A stretch of DNA of 57,429 bases, from IMG/VR virus record IMGVR_UViG_3300037427_004775, positions 1 to 57,429 of that record; one strand, 5' to 3'. Source of the stretch: a virus. Taxonomy: Duplodnaviria; Caudoviricetes. This document shows positions 10,664-20,242 of this stretch, piece by piece. Numbering within the stretch: position 1 is the stretch's first letter; the number at the start of each line of letters is the position of its first letter. A program made the position numbers and the translations under genes. The notes under the pieces are model-generated. The model searched no databases. It was not told the origin of the DNA and worked only from the letters and a program-made list of their open reading frames with translations.

Positions 10664-10982
10664 GTTCTTCTTCTCCTTCTTCAGGTCTAGCTATTAGATT
10701 CTCTTTACTTTCAATGCTCATCATTGTATTCGCGACATAAAGTATAGAATCCCTAGACATAGATACGTCTCTTAGTACCTTTCTGACTTCTGGAGAATTA
10801 TAAAATAAGGGGGTCTCCAAGATTTTTGTTATAGATCCATAACGTGAATCAAGCACATCTAAACATTCTCCTATCGCGTCTTCAACGCGAAGGATAACCC
10901 TGGCAAACTTAAAAGCGTAAAATAGTGACACTGATGTAACAAGAGAGAGAATAGCTGTGCTAATTATCCACGGTGATATCAT
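10653..10982 (-). CDS. Small protein with N-terminal transmembrane helix
   Basis: Hydrophobic WIISTAILSLVTSVSLFYAF; overlaps both neighbours. Confidence 0.7.
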   Translation of the reverse strand: MISPWIISTAILSLVTSVSLFYAFKFARVILRVEDAIGECLDVLDSRYGSITKILETPLFYNSPEVRKVLRDVSMSRDSILYVANTMMSIESKENLIARPEEGEEELGD

Positions 10983-12142
10983 TTTATATACTCGTAGTAT
11001 ATTTTATTATAATGCTCCTTGATTGCTGACATACTGTGAGATGTCCTTAGTTTTTCGCCGAGATCATCGGCCCACTCTGCAGGCATTGCGGGTTTCTTAT
11101 AAAATGTTTTTAGTCTTTGTTTGAAATTTTCTTCAGATGGTTCTGCCCATTTTGAGCCTTTAATAAAGATGTGACCATCAATTCTAGAATCGTGAACCTC
11201 TTCTAGTCTATAGCTTACACTTATAAACTTTCCCCTATTCATAAAATCTAAGTGCCCAGACCAGTTAGTTGCGATCACAGGAATTTTATGTACTGAGGCT
11301 TCTAAAATTGGTAGCCCGTAACCTTCGCCACGAGTCAAGCCAATAAAACATTTGATTGACTTATCCCTATAAAGACTAGTCATTTCATCACCGGACATCA
11401 AGCCGTGCAATAAGCTTACTCTGGGATAATCTCCTGTTCTTACTTCTGAAAGTAGTCCTTTTAAAGCTCTCTTCGTCAAAATCCTATCAAGTGTTGTGGC
11501 TCTTCCGGAAGATGCCTTGATAACAAGGCCTACATCTTTATTCCCTTCAAATGTTTCACAGAACCACTTGACTGTATTGTATGTATTTTTTCTATCATTG
11601 TATGGATTGTCACCTGTTAGTGTCCCCACCATTAAAAAATTAAAATCAGTGTTTAAATTTAAATCAATTTCTTCAACATTTTCTTTGCTACATTCGTCAA
11701 AATATGCTTCTGGAATTACTTCGATTGGTGTTGTTACGTTTCCAGAGTTGCAAATAGTCTGTTTTGTATGGACAGATGGAACTATAACTAGATCCATCTT
11801 GTTGCATGCAGTGACCCACTCTGGGTGGCAGATATCTGTTTCTACAGCTGCTGTAACACCCACATTGAATCTTGCTAGCATTGGATCCCACTCATTAGGT
11901 AACTGTATTTGAAATGATACGTCTGCACCCTGTCTTTCTAGCGGCCCAGAACAACCCATTATTTGACCTACAAGACCGTCTAAACCGTCTGGGTTTATAT
12001 ACCACGTTGTATTTCCCCACGGTGTTAATTGAGTCGATATCTTTGCATCTTCAATACTTGATACCCACTTAAAAACTTGTCTTGCATGCTCCCCATAACC
12101 TGATGCTGTGATCAGTGGGCCTCTTACGACAATATTCTTCAT
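10979..12142 (-). CDS. Glycosyltransferase, GT-B fold (GT4-like)
   Basis: SGYGEHAR N-terminal motif; TRGEGYGLPILEA...PVIATNWSGHLDF (EX7E). Confidence 0.92.
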   Translation of the reverse strand: MKNIVVRGPLITASGYGEHARQVFKWVSSIEDAKISTQLTPWGNTTWYINPDGLDGLVGQIMGCSGPLERQGADVSFQIQLPNEWDPMLARFNVGVTAAVETDICHPEWVTACNKMDLVIVPSVHTKQTICNSGNVTTPIEVIPEAYFDECSKENVEEIDLNLNTDFNFLMVGTLTGDNPYNDRKNTYNTVKWFCETFEGNKDVGLVIKASSGRATTLDRILTKRALKGLLSEVRTGDYPRVSLLHGLMSGDEMTSLYRDKSIKCFIGLTRGEGYGLPILEASVHKIPVIATNWSGHLDFMNRGKFISVSYRLEEVHDSRIDGHIFIKGSKWAEPSEENFKQRLKTFYKKPAMPAEWADDLGEKLRTSHSMSAIKEHYNKIYYEYIK

Positions 12143-12148
12143 TTTATT

Positions 12149-13393
12149 CTAGAGCTCCTCGCAACGCCATGGTTGATATCCTTCTTTAAAACTTTCGATA
12201 CACTCAGATAAAGTTTCGTTCCAATCATCGACCGTATCTTGCATGTTAAACTGTGTTTTTGCATAGTCCTTTACTTTCTTACTTAGTTCGCTTTTTTCTT
12301 CTGGAGATAGGCTGTATAGTTTCATAATAGCATCAGAAATTGTTTCAGCAGACACATAATCTTCATAGATGTAAGGAACACCTTGTGAACCAACAAGAGT
12401 TCGATATTCTATAGGCATAGCAACGCCATTATGCGTTCCATCGCGATGATCCTCCACTTGTCTAGTTAGACCACCGGTCTTTGGTGCAATAATTGGTGTG
12501 CCGCCCATCATAGCTTCTAGTGTCCCTAGACCAAATCCCTCAGCAAGGGAAACATTAATACAGAAATCACTAATGTTATAGAGAATGTTTATTTTATCAA
12601 ACTCTAGTCTTTCACTTGAAAACCAGACAGATTCATTAATTCCAAGTTTTTCTGCAGCTGCAAATAGATTAGGACCTTCACCATCTAAAGGATCCGTATG
12701 CATAATTAGACACGCTTTTCTATGACCGTGCTCCTTTTCTAAATTATCCATAAATAGTTTCCATGCCCATAAAAGATCATTTGGTCGTTTTCGCTTGGCA
12801 TTTCTATTAATCCAAATCCCAACAAACCAATCTTCTTTTCCGGGACCCAGAACTTGTTTTCTCAGCTCGAGCTTTTCATCTTTGGGAATCTCATTATAGA
12901 TTTCCTTGGGAACAGCATGAGGAATGAAATTGGTTTTTTCTGGATGTCTGTCTCTTATAAGGCTATATGTCATATGAGAGTGGCAGTTTATAAGGTCGGT
13001 TGCCTGATAAATTGCATCATTAAACTCTGGGTATGGGCCGTTGTCCCAAACATGCCACCAAACTATTGGACAAATTTGGTGTACTTCATCTTCCATTTCA
13101 AATAACCAGATAAAAAATCTAGGGTCAGTGAACAAAAACAGAGCATCTGGTTTTTCTGTAGCTAGTGCCACTCTCAGAAGTTCAGGATCACCAAAACCAT
13201 CAATAGGTTTGATAATAAAATCTTCATTGACAACAACAGTTTCATAATCACTATGCTTTAAAGCAGCTCCAAATTGTCTAAACGACCAGTCTCCTTTTTC
13301 AAGGAGGCCTTGGATTAAAAATCGGCTCTGAGTGCCGACTCCGCTTGTGCTTAAAGCATGATCTGAAAGCATTAAAACTTTTTTCTTTTTCAA
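12149..13393 (-). CDS. Glycosyltransferase, GT-B fold (GT4-like)
   Basis: NRNAKRKR; SLAEGFGLGTLEAMMGGTPIIA (EX7E). Confidence 0.92.
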   Translation of the reverse strand: MKKKKVLMLSDHALSTSGVGTQSRFLIQGLLEKGDWSFRQFGAALKHSDYETVVVNEDFIIKPIDGFGDPELLRVALATEKPDALFLFTDPRFFIWLFEMEDEVHQICPIVWWHVWDNGPYPEFNDAIYQATDLINCHSHMTYSLIRDRHPEKTNFIPHAVPKEIYNEIPKDEKLELRKQVLGPGKEDWFVGIWINRNAKRKRPNDLLWAWKLFMDNLEKEHGHRKACLIMHTDPLDGEGPNLFAAAEKLGINESVWFSSERLEFDKINILYNISDFCINVSLAEGFGLGTLEAMMGGTPIIAPKTGGLTRQVEDHRDGTHNGVAMPIEYRTLVGSQGVPYIYEDYVSAETISDAIMKLYSLSPEEKSELSKKVKDYAKTQFNMQDTVDDWNETLSECIESFKEGYQPWRCEEL

Positions 13394-13445
13394 TTTTACT
13401 CCAGTAATCTTGTGAAATCATACAATTTTAAAATAAAGTAGTTAA

Positions 13446-14282
13446 TCACGTACAGTATTTTGTATCCTTATAAGGACAAAACTTACAAGAATTTCTATTT
13501 TTAAGATAAAACCCTTTTGAAACAGCCTTTATCATATTTGACATTATTTTTGTAGCTCTATCTAAAGATTTTGGACCTACTGAAACCGGAACTAGTTCGC
13601 ACATATTCCCTGGTTTCCCGCCTCGCTTCAATAGTATGAAACCGCACCTTATGTCTTTTAACGGAACATTGTGTTTTCTAGACCAGAAATGCTTATATAA
13701 AATAAGCTGAGCTGTCATTAGAATATCTTGCTTTTTTTCTCGACGCCACCCATAAGATTGCGATGTTTTCCAGTCAAGAATCCATATCTTGTCATTTCCT
13801 CGCTTGTCTGGCGCTACAATAACTGCATCTATAAATCCCTTGAACTTTACAAATGAACCCTCTATTGGCTCATAAAGTTGTTCCTCGGCTTTAACAGTTT
13901 CCCAGCCTGGGAACGTCTCATCCAAAAAGCCTAACACGTCGTCCCACATGTTAGTTGCCCAGTCACACCATTCTTCGACTGGTGCGTGCTTATACCAACC
14001 TGGCATTTTTTCATACCACTCAGGTTCTCCGAAGCCGTGTTTTTCCCATGCTGTGGTTATATCATTTAACAATTTTTTCTTGTCAATTTGCTTTGTTTCT
14101 AGAAGTGTTTCACAACCCTCATGGACAGCAGTTCCGAAGTCTAGGTATGGGGAGGGCTCGAACATATCAATCTTATCAACATAGGTTAACTTGTGTCGAT
14201 ATGCGCATTCTTTCCAGTTTTTAATTTCTGAAAATGAAACGTGTGGTTTGCCAGTAGGTAAAAGTTTATTTTGGTCGGTCAT
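13446..14282 (-). CDS. PD-(D/E)XK exonuclease, Cas4/RecB-like with 4-Cys cluster
   Basis: HVSFSEIKNWKEC, FGTAVH, GFIDAV...ILDWKTS, QLILY, C-terminal CKFCPYKDTKYC. Confidence 0.9.
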   Translation of the reverse strand: MTDQNKLLPTGKPHVSFSEIKNWKECAYRHKLTYVDKIDMFEPSPYLDFGTAVHEGCETLLETKQIDKKKLLNDITTAWEKHGFGEPEWYEKMPGWYKHAPVEEWCDWATNMWDDVLGFLDETFPGWETVKAEEQLYEPIEGSFVKFKGFIDAVIVAPDKRGNDKIWILDWKTSQSYGWRREKKQDILMTAQLILYKHFWSRKHNVPLKDIRCGFILLKRGGKPGNMCELVPVSVGPKSLDRATKIMSNMIKAVSKGFYLKNRNSCKFCPYKDTKYCT

Positions 14283-14349
14283 AATGTTGTTCTTTTGATG
14301 GTTTAAATCCTATAGTTAATTGTATACCGACTATTGGAGTTGTTTCAAA

Positions 14350-14700
14350 ATGTTTGCAAAGCTGGTCGCGGGAATTAGTTGTTTAATAGGTGTTCACACG
14401 CTTGTTTGGTTTTCAACAAATCTTCAATTTGTTAATGAAAAAATGGCAGACAAAAGTCTGGAAATAGCTATCGGGTTAGGCATTCCAATTTCTCTACTTG
14501 CATATTTTGGAACAAGATACACGTATCAATCACTAGAAAATTCAGCATGGGCAGTTAGATTTGTAGCTTTTGGTACTTCATACTTAGTTTTTCCATTCTT
14601 GACATGGTGGATGCTAAAAGAAACGATGTTTACTCCAAAAACACTTACATGTATCATATTGTCACTTACAATTGTAGCTATTCAAATTTTCTGGAAATAG
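14350..14700 (+). CDS. Small 4-TM membrane protein (SMR/DMT-like)
   Basis: Four hydrophobic segments, C-terminal LKETMFTPKTLTCIILSL; ATG at 14350 with GGAG RBS (ORF track starts at 14320). One of only two convincing plus-strand genes. Confidence 0.7.
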   Translation: MFAKLVAGISCLIGVHTLVWFSTNLQFVNEKMADKSLEIAIGLGIPISLLAYFGTRYTYQSLENSAWAVRFVAFGTSYLVFPFLTWWMLKETMFTPKTLTCIILSLTIVAIQIFWK

Positions 14701-14701
14701 C

Positions 14702-15592
14702 TCAGTATTTTACTATTGTACTCTTTAAATCATGCTTGGGCGTGTATTTTAAAATAGCACTGGCTTTACCTATGTTTGCCAATGTTTCTTTAGATTCCCC
14801 GATTCTGTCGGCAACTCGAATATGAGGCCCTCCAATCATTTCAGAAATATCTATAATCGATGTGCTAACCCCTGTCCCAACATTGAAGACCTCGCCGTAT
14901 GCGTAGATTGAATCAACTGATATTGCTAGAACTGACGCATCGACAATGTCATCGATATAAGTAAAGTCCCTCTTTTGAAATCCAGAGCCCACTACGGTAT
15001 GCGGTGTTCCTGCAGCTCTTTGCCGCTTGAACAAACCGATAACAGGAGCATAGTGTCCCTTCTTTGGTTCGCGGGGGCCATACACATTAAAGTATCTCAA
15101 AATCACAGTCTCTAAGTTATATAAGTTACTATAGAGTCTACAAACTTCTTCTCCCATCCATTTAGACAGGGAGTACGGGGTTTGACAATCAACAGGCATG
15201 TCTTCTGTAAATGGGGGTCTGTTGGACTTTCCGTAACAGGATGAGCTGGCTGAATAGATTATTCTTTTTACGCCGGCCCTCTTGGAAAACTCACATACCA
15301 TCTGTGTGCCTAAAACATTAGTTTCAAATGCGCTACCCGGTTTGGAAACCGAAGGTTGTATTCGTGCCTTTGCTGCGGCATGAAAAACTATTTCGACACC
15401 TTCATATAGTGGTGCGGTTGAATTGTCTAAAATACTTTTAGTGTGGTATTCTATTCCTTCAAACTCATAGAATTCTTCATTTTCCTCTGCAGACTCGTCA
15501 TCAATAACAATAACAGTGTGACCTAAATTTTTCATTCGTAAGGCCAAGTGTGATCCAACGAACCCCTTGCCTCCTGTTACTATAACTTTCAC
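14702..15592 (-). CDS. NAD-dependent nucleotide-sugar epimerase/dehydratase (extended SDR)
   Basis: VTGGKGFVGSHL, ASSSCYG, YSLSK (YxxxK), LRYFNVYGP, RDFTYIDD. Confidence 0.95.
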   Translation of the reverse strand: MKVIVTGGKGFVGSHLALRMKNLGHTVIVIDDESAEENEEFYEFEGIEYHTKSILDNSTAPLYEGVEIVFHAAAKARIQPSVSKPGSAFETNVLGTQMVCEFSKRAGVKRIIYSASSSCYGKSNRPPFTEDMPVDCQTPYSLSKWMGEEVCRLYSNLYNLETVILRYFNVYGPREPKKGHYAPVIGLFKRQRAAGTPHTVVGSGFQKRDFTYIDDIVDASVLAISVDSIYAYGEVFNVGTGVSTSIIDISEMIGGPHIRVADRIGESKETLANIGKASAILKYTPKHDLKSTIVKY

Positions 15593-16455
15593 TCGTCGTC
15601 TTCCTTGCTAACTGCACGGCCAATCATATTTTCCCAATCTCTGTCAGATCTTAAGCGATTATTTTTTCTATTGACAGCTGTTAATAGCGAAGCATCAACC
15701 CTTAAAATTGATGATAGATAGATTATTGCATTAAGGTCTTTTGGAAAACAATGACCGCCGAATCCAAAGTCGCCATCTGGGCCTGGTACAGATAGGTGGC
15801 TGCGGCCTATTCTTTTATCATGAAGCGCATACTCCGTTACCTTATCGTAATCTATATCGAGCTTTTGACAAATATGATACATTTCATTAGCAAATGTTAC
15901 CTTAGTTGCAAGAAAACAGTTAGTAAAGTACTTGACCATTTCAGCAGTATTTGACCCGGTCTTGATAATAGGGACTGTTGGAAAGACTTTTCTAAATACT
16001 GATTTCACCACAGTGCTTGAAGGCCTTGGGCCTCCGATAATAATCCTTGTTTGTCCCTTGAAGTCTTCGATGTAATTAGCTTCAGTTAAAAACTCTGGAT
16101 TGAAAACTACTGAACAGTGCCTCGATTCTTTGTTGAGTCTTTCTGAAGTGCCTGGTGGAACTGTTGACTTCAAGACTAGAATCTTATCGTTTCCCTCCTT
16201 TTCTGCTAATTCATCGATTTGTGCAACAACAGTATCTACTATACTTAAATCACATTCTCCCGAAGATCGCATTGGTGTGGGTAGACAAATAAAAATAATG
16301 TCTGTGCTTTCAACTAGGTCATCTAGACTACGGCAAGAAGAATTTTTTGATGGATCCTTATCATATGTCAGAACCTCCAAGTGATTTGAAAAGCCTTCCC
16401 TAACAGCAGAACCTACAAATCCCTGCCCTACAATTCCTATTCTATTTGTGTTCAT
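15589..16455 (-). CDS. ugd: UDP-glucose/GDP-mannose dehydrogenase, short form lacking the C-terminal domain
   Basis: GQGFVG, ICLPTP, KSTVPPGT, FNPEFL, AEMVKY, GFGGHCFPKD; only 288 aa. Confidence 0.88.
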   Translation of the reverse strand: MNTNRIGIVGQGFVGSAVREGFSNHLEVLTYDKDPSKNSSCRSLDDLVESTDIIFICLPTPMRSSGECDLSIVDTVVAQIDELAEKEGNDKILVLKSTVPPGTSERLNKESRHCSVVFNPEFLTEANYIEDFKGQTRIIIGGPRPSSTVVKSVFRKVFPTVPIIKTGSNTAEMVKYFTNCFLATKVTFANEMYHICQKLDIDYDKVTEYALHDKRIGRSHLSVPGPDGDFGFGGHCFPKDLNAIIYLSSILRVDASLLTAVNRKNNRLRSDRDWENMIGRAVSKEDDE

Positions 16456-16768
16456 TCACGTCCTTCTTTTCCTTTTCTATGAAATATACCATATCATTCA
16501 AAGCCTTATCTCCGATGTAAACATCATAATGAGGTTTTCCCAAGTGTAACTCATGATATTTTGCGCCCCACTTATTTAATTGCTCACTAGTAAGTTCTGT
16601 CCAATCTATCCCGGTCGTTGAGCCGCGGGCAGTAAAATAAATAATTGTATTTCCAGATGCGTAGAGTCTGTTAACTAGCTTTATTCTATCAGTGAAAGGT
16701 ATTGCTTCTTCGTATTTTCCATCTGTAATTGAACAGATGGTTCCGTCTATGTCAAAACAGTAAATCAT
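16442..16768 (-). CDS. Minimal HAD-superfamily phosphatase
   Basis: FDIDGTIC, FTARG, GKPHYDVYIGDKA. Confidence 0.88.
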   Translation of the reverse strand: MIYCFDIDGTICSITDGKYEEAIPFTDRIKLVNRLYASGNTIIYFTARGSTTGIDWTELTSEQLNKWGAKYHELHLGKPHYDVYIGDKALNDMVYFIEKEKKDVNEHK

Positions 16769-16808
16769 GTTATCCTCGTAAATTTATACAGTAAACCTAG
16801 AGAATTGT

Positions 16809-17546
16809 TCAGGATTCTAAAAATCTACCCACTCTAGATCGTATACTGTTAATTGAAGTTTCAGATTCTTCTTCTGTGTTTATTACAAGGAAAAAATTTG
16901 ATTTAAACATCTTTTCATACTCAAGCCTGTTTCGATCAACTGCTGACCAAGATCGTTTAACAGTTCGAGGCGTTAATGTCCGGCCGGGTGTTTTTAACTT
17001 AGATCGTTCACGATTTCTTCGTTGTGATTCTTTTAAGGGAACATGAACGTAAATCATTGCAACATCATAACCGCTTTCTTTTGCATTTACTACTTGTTGC
17101 TTTATATCTCTAAGCGAACCGCCTGTGCCGTCTACAACATAATCTTCTTTGTTTAAACAACATGCCTCCCGGTCTTTTTTAGCTTGTGCGCGTGCTTGAT
17201 TAAATAGCGTCATATCTCTGCTAAGTGTACTTCGAAGGCGTTCATAGTCTGGTTCTAATCTTGACATTGTTTCTGTGTCACCTGATTGTTCTGCTGCCTT
17301 GTATTCAGAACGTATTGGCATGTATTCATCCATTACTGATTCTCGATCCATGGGGATGCATTCAGCTTTCATTGAGGCCTCATACTGATCGTCTGGGTTA
17401 ATGACACGCATTTTCTGCTTTAAGCCTAGCGATCTAATTACGTGTGACTTTCCTGAACCTGGGCCGCCTGCCATAAATATGATTTTTGGCGATTTGCACT
17501 CTTTGCTCTCTAATATGAGCTGTCTTATGTACTCACGTAATGACAT
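16809..17546 (-). CDS. Zeta-toxin-like P-loop kinase with N-terminal leader peptide
   Basis: IFMAGGPGSGKS, INPDD, VVDGTG, MIYVHVPLKESQRRNRER; AGGAG RBS. Confidence 0.8.
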   Translation of the reverse strand: MSLREYIRQLILESKECKSPKIIFMAGGPGSGKSHVIRSLGLKQKMRVINPDDQYEASMKAECIPMDRESVMDEYMPIRSEYKAAEQSGDTETMSRLEPDYERLRSTLSRDMTLFNQARAQAKKDREACCLNKEDYVVDGTGGSLRDIKQQVVNAKESGYDVAMIYVHVPLKESQRRNRERSKLKTPGRTLTPRTVKRSWSAVDRNRLEYEKMFKSNFFLVINTEEESETSINSIRSRVGRFLES

Positions 17547-17564
17547 TTCAACTCCTAGAATTAA

Positions 17565-18518
17565 TTAGGAATTAAAAATTGTTTTATAAGTACCTAATAG
17601 CTCTAATTTTTCTAGCATCTTTTCATCAATCAAAGACTTTCTTGTTGAAATATAATCTATATGATGCGTTTTATGCGGCTTCTTTTTCAAAGATGTTAAT
17701 CGAGAATAACATTCCCACTCATCATCTAGTATCTTATAGGTGTCTTTAATATTGGTATTTGAAGAATTAACCAAACTTGAAACTGTTATGTCTATTTGAT
17801 AGTTTAGAGGCTTATCACCCGCTTTATTATGAAATCTAATCCTTATACCATCTGGTTCTGAAACGTCTCTAATTTCAAAGACGTCTTGATAGTCTCTAGA
17901 AAATTTTATTAGTTTTGACATTACAGAATAAAAACTGCTTTGTGGTACTAGTACATCCAGATCTTTTCCAACCGGGTAGTCTGTTGGAAAGTTGTCAACC
18001 ATGTAGGGTGAGTCTATCTTTGTTAATGCATATAGATCTTCACTTATCATACTTAGAAATCTTGGTATGTCCAGCTTAGAAATGTTATTCTTACCGTACT
18101 GAATGAATAAATCAGTTATGAACTTGGAATGCTCATGAGTATCTCCCATGTGAATAATGGTATCTGGCTTATCTAAGTGATCCTTGACAAATGCATACTT
18201 CTGTCGTATTACTTTCTTTATTTGTTCTGTTACAGTTGAGATTGGATTCCCATCAGACTTAACCCTATACGCGGGATCAGGTATTTCTATTTGTATCAGC
18301 CTAGCTACTTTTGGATGAGAAGATAGACGATCTAGTTTTTTAGTTATTTTCCAATCTGCTATACTATCAGGCTCATATATTTTTCTTATGAACTCTTCAT
18401 AGTTGTTATCAAACATACAGTCTCTAACCGCAGTTACTTTGAATCCACTACTTAGATCATAAGTTATCATATCGTAATAGTCTCTTGCAACTGACCAAAG
18501 TATTACTGGAAAAATCAT
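17565..18518 (-). CDS. Hypothetical protein with a possible C-terminal nucleotidyltransferase-like domain
   Basis: GKDLDVLV (GxDxD) motif and QIDIT; function inferred. Confidence 0.5.
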   Translation of the reverse strand: MIFPVILWSVARDYYDMITYDLSSGFKVTAVRDCMFDNNYEEFIRKIYEPDSIADWKITKKLDRLSSHPKVARLIQIEIPDPAYRVKSDGNPISTVTEQIKKVIRQKYAFVKDHLDKPDTIIHMGDTHEHSKFITDLFIQYGKNNISKLDIPRFLSMISEDLYALTKIDSPYMVDNFPTDYPVGKDLDVLVPQSSFYSVMSKLIKFSRDYQDVFEIRDVSEPDGIRIRFHNKAGDKPLNYQIDITVSSLVNSSNTNIKDTYKILDDEWECYSRLTSLKKKPHKTHHIDYISTRKSLIDEKMLEKLELLGTYKTIFNS

Positions 18519-19000
18519 TTTAAACCATACCTCTCTTTAATTAAGATCCAGCGATTATTTAGTTCGCTTATGTCACCTGTATTAAATAGCTCTGAATTTG
18601 AAAAATAGTTAATCCCATAATACTTTGGATTATCTTTTGTTTTTCCTGTTCTTCGCTTAAAAGATACGGGTACACCTTTTAGATTATAAAAAATAGAACA
18701 AGCAGTTCGGTGAGTTCCACCATTTAAAAGATTATCAGACGGATCTACTTCTAGTGGAAATTTTTCAGAAAATCCATTTATCTCAAAAGATCTAGCCAAC
18801 ATACCAAGATTTATGGTTGATTGATATGGGTCTCTTTTTTTTCTTGAGTTTATCCAGCTATGATAAAGCTTTATTCCATTTTGATTCAAGTTAGCCATGT
18901 TTTCTAAAGCTAGTAGTATTACAACTATTTGAAAAGAATAAAGCTCTCCTCTTGACACTTGCAAGCCTAGCAATTTTTCTATTGGCCAGACTTCAATCAT
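18515..19000 (-). CDS. ParB/sulfiredoxin-like domain protein
   Basis: SFEINGF...PLEV...LLNGGTHRTAC resembles the ParB-N GxHR motif. Confidence 0.55.
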   Translation of the reverse strand: MIEVWPIEKLLGLQVSRGELYSFQIVVILLALENMANLNQNGIKLYHSWINSRKKRDPYQSTINLGMLARSFEINGFSEKFPLEVDPSDNLLNGGTHRTACSIFYNLKGVPVSFKRRTGKTKDNPKYYGINYFSNSELFNTGDISELNNRWILIKERYGLK

Positions 19001-19395
19001 TAATCACCTTTAATTAATCGATAACTGTCACTATCAAAATGTTGAGTTGAAAACTCAAAAAGTTCAGAATCCTCAACAGCTATCATCTGATGTCGAAGGC
19101 CTCTATAGACGTGGAAGTTATCTCCTGGATTTAGAATTAGCTCATTTGCATTTTCAATAGAGTCTTTCTCAGAATATTTCACGATCATTTTTCCGGACTG
19201 AAGATAAAATACTTCATCCTTAAGTCTGTGAACATGCCAAGAACACCGTTTGTCTTTATTGAAAAATAATAGCTTTCCACAATATTCGGGTCCATTACAA
19301 ATCCATCGCTCCCAACCCCAGCCCTTATCGACGTGAGTCATCTCTAACGATATGCTTCTAGGAAGAGCGATGGGTTCTTTTTTACTCACTCTCAA
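19000..19395 (-). CDS. Cupin sugar isomerase (mannose-6-phosphate isomerase-like)
   Basis: VDKGWGWERWI, CSWHVHRLKDEVFY, PGDNFHVYRGLRHQM, EFST. Confidence 0.85.
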   Translation of the reverse strand: MRVSKKEPIALPRSISLEMTHVDKGWGWERWICNGPEYCGKLLFFNKDKRCSWHVHRLKDEVFYLQSGKMIVKYSEKDSIENANELILNPGDNFHVYRGLRHQMIAVEDSELFEFSTQHFDSDSYRLIKGD

Positions 19396-20242
19396 AATAC
19401 CTTAGTTTTGTAGAAACTGCGCGTTCTTCGGAAGAATAAGTCTTTTCACCAGTTCCCAGAGTTGCAGTAACATTTCGTGCATCTCTTACTAGGCGTCTTA
19501 TTCCTTCTGGTTCCAGGGAAGCTGACTGATCTGAGCCGTACATTGTTCTGTCTAGTGTGATGTGACGTTCAATAGACGTAGCACCCAAAGATACAGCCAA
19601 TATTGAGGGTACAAGACCTCTTTCGTGGCCACTATATCCTACAGGACAAGAGTATCTTTCTTTTAGAGTTGTTATCATATTAATATTGCAATCTGAATCG
19701 TTGCACGGGTAAACTGACACTGTATGGAATAGAGTGAACGGACAGCCGGCTGTCTTAAAAATCTTAACAGCTGCGTCGATCGTCTCCATAGTACACATTC
19801 CTGTTGAAACAAATGTGTGCTTTCCTTCCGATGCTACTTTTTCTAAAAATGCAGGATTAGTAACCATAGCAGATGCCACCTTATTAAAGGGGACACCGGC
19901 TTCATTGAGAAAATCTTGACTGTCTTCATCCCATGCAGAAGCTGTCCACATGATTCCGGAAGCTTTGCAATAGCGGTCTATTTCTTTATACTCTTCTAAA
20001 GAAAACTCTAAACCTTCTTTCTGTGCTCTTTGAGTAGTTCCCCATGGGCTTTCTCGTTGGCCATCTAGGTATTTTTGAGTATATACAACGTCAATATTAC
20101 GTTTTTGAAACTTGACTGCGTCGCATCCGGCATCAACAGCTACGTCTATTAGTTTCTTAGCAATGTTAACATCGCCGTTATGATTTATCCCAACTTCTGC
20201 AATGATGAAGGGTGCTTGTGCGTCTGTGTATGGATTAAACAT
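19382..20242 (-). CDS. neuB: Nonulosonic acid synthase, NeuB family (no C-terminal AFL/SAF domain)
   Basis: FIIAEVGINHNGD, DAVKFQK, KVAS, STGM, VGYSGHE, IERHITLDRTMYGSDQSASLEP. Confidence 0.95.
   Translation of the reverse strand: MFNPYTDAQAPFIIAEVGINHNGDVNIAKKLIDVAVDAGCDAVKFQKRNIDVVYTQKYLDGQRESPWGTTQRAQKEGLEFSLEEYKEIDRYCKASGIMWTASAWDEDSQDFLNEAGVPFNKVASAMVTNPAFLEKVASEGKHTFVSTGMCTMETIDAAVKIFKTAGCPFTLFHTVSVYPCNDSDCNINMITTLKERYSCPVGYSGHERGLVPSILAVSLGATSIERHITLDRTMYGSDQSASLEPEGIRRLVRDARNVTATLGTGEKTYSSEERAVSTKLRYFESE

Noticed and set aside
13446-14282. Cas4-like nuclease as part of a CRISPR-Cas system
   Set aside because: No cas1/cas2 or array; solo Cas4-like exonucleases are common in phages.
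15589-16455. Short Ugd as a pseudogene
   Set aside because: Catalytic motifs are intact, the stop overlaps the next start, and no C-terminal remnant follows; treated as a compact functional form.
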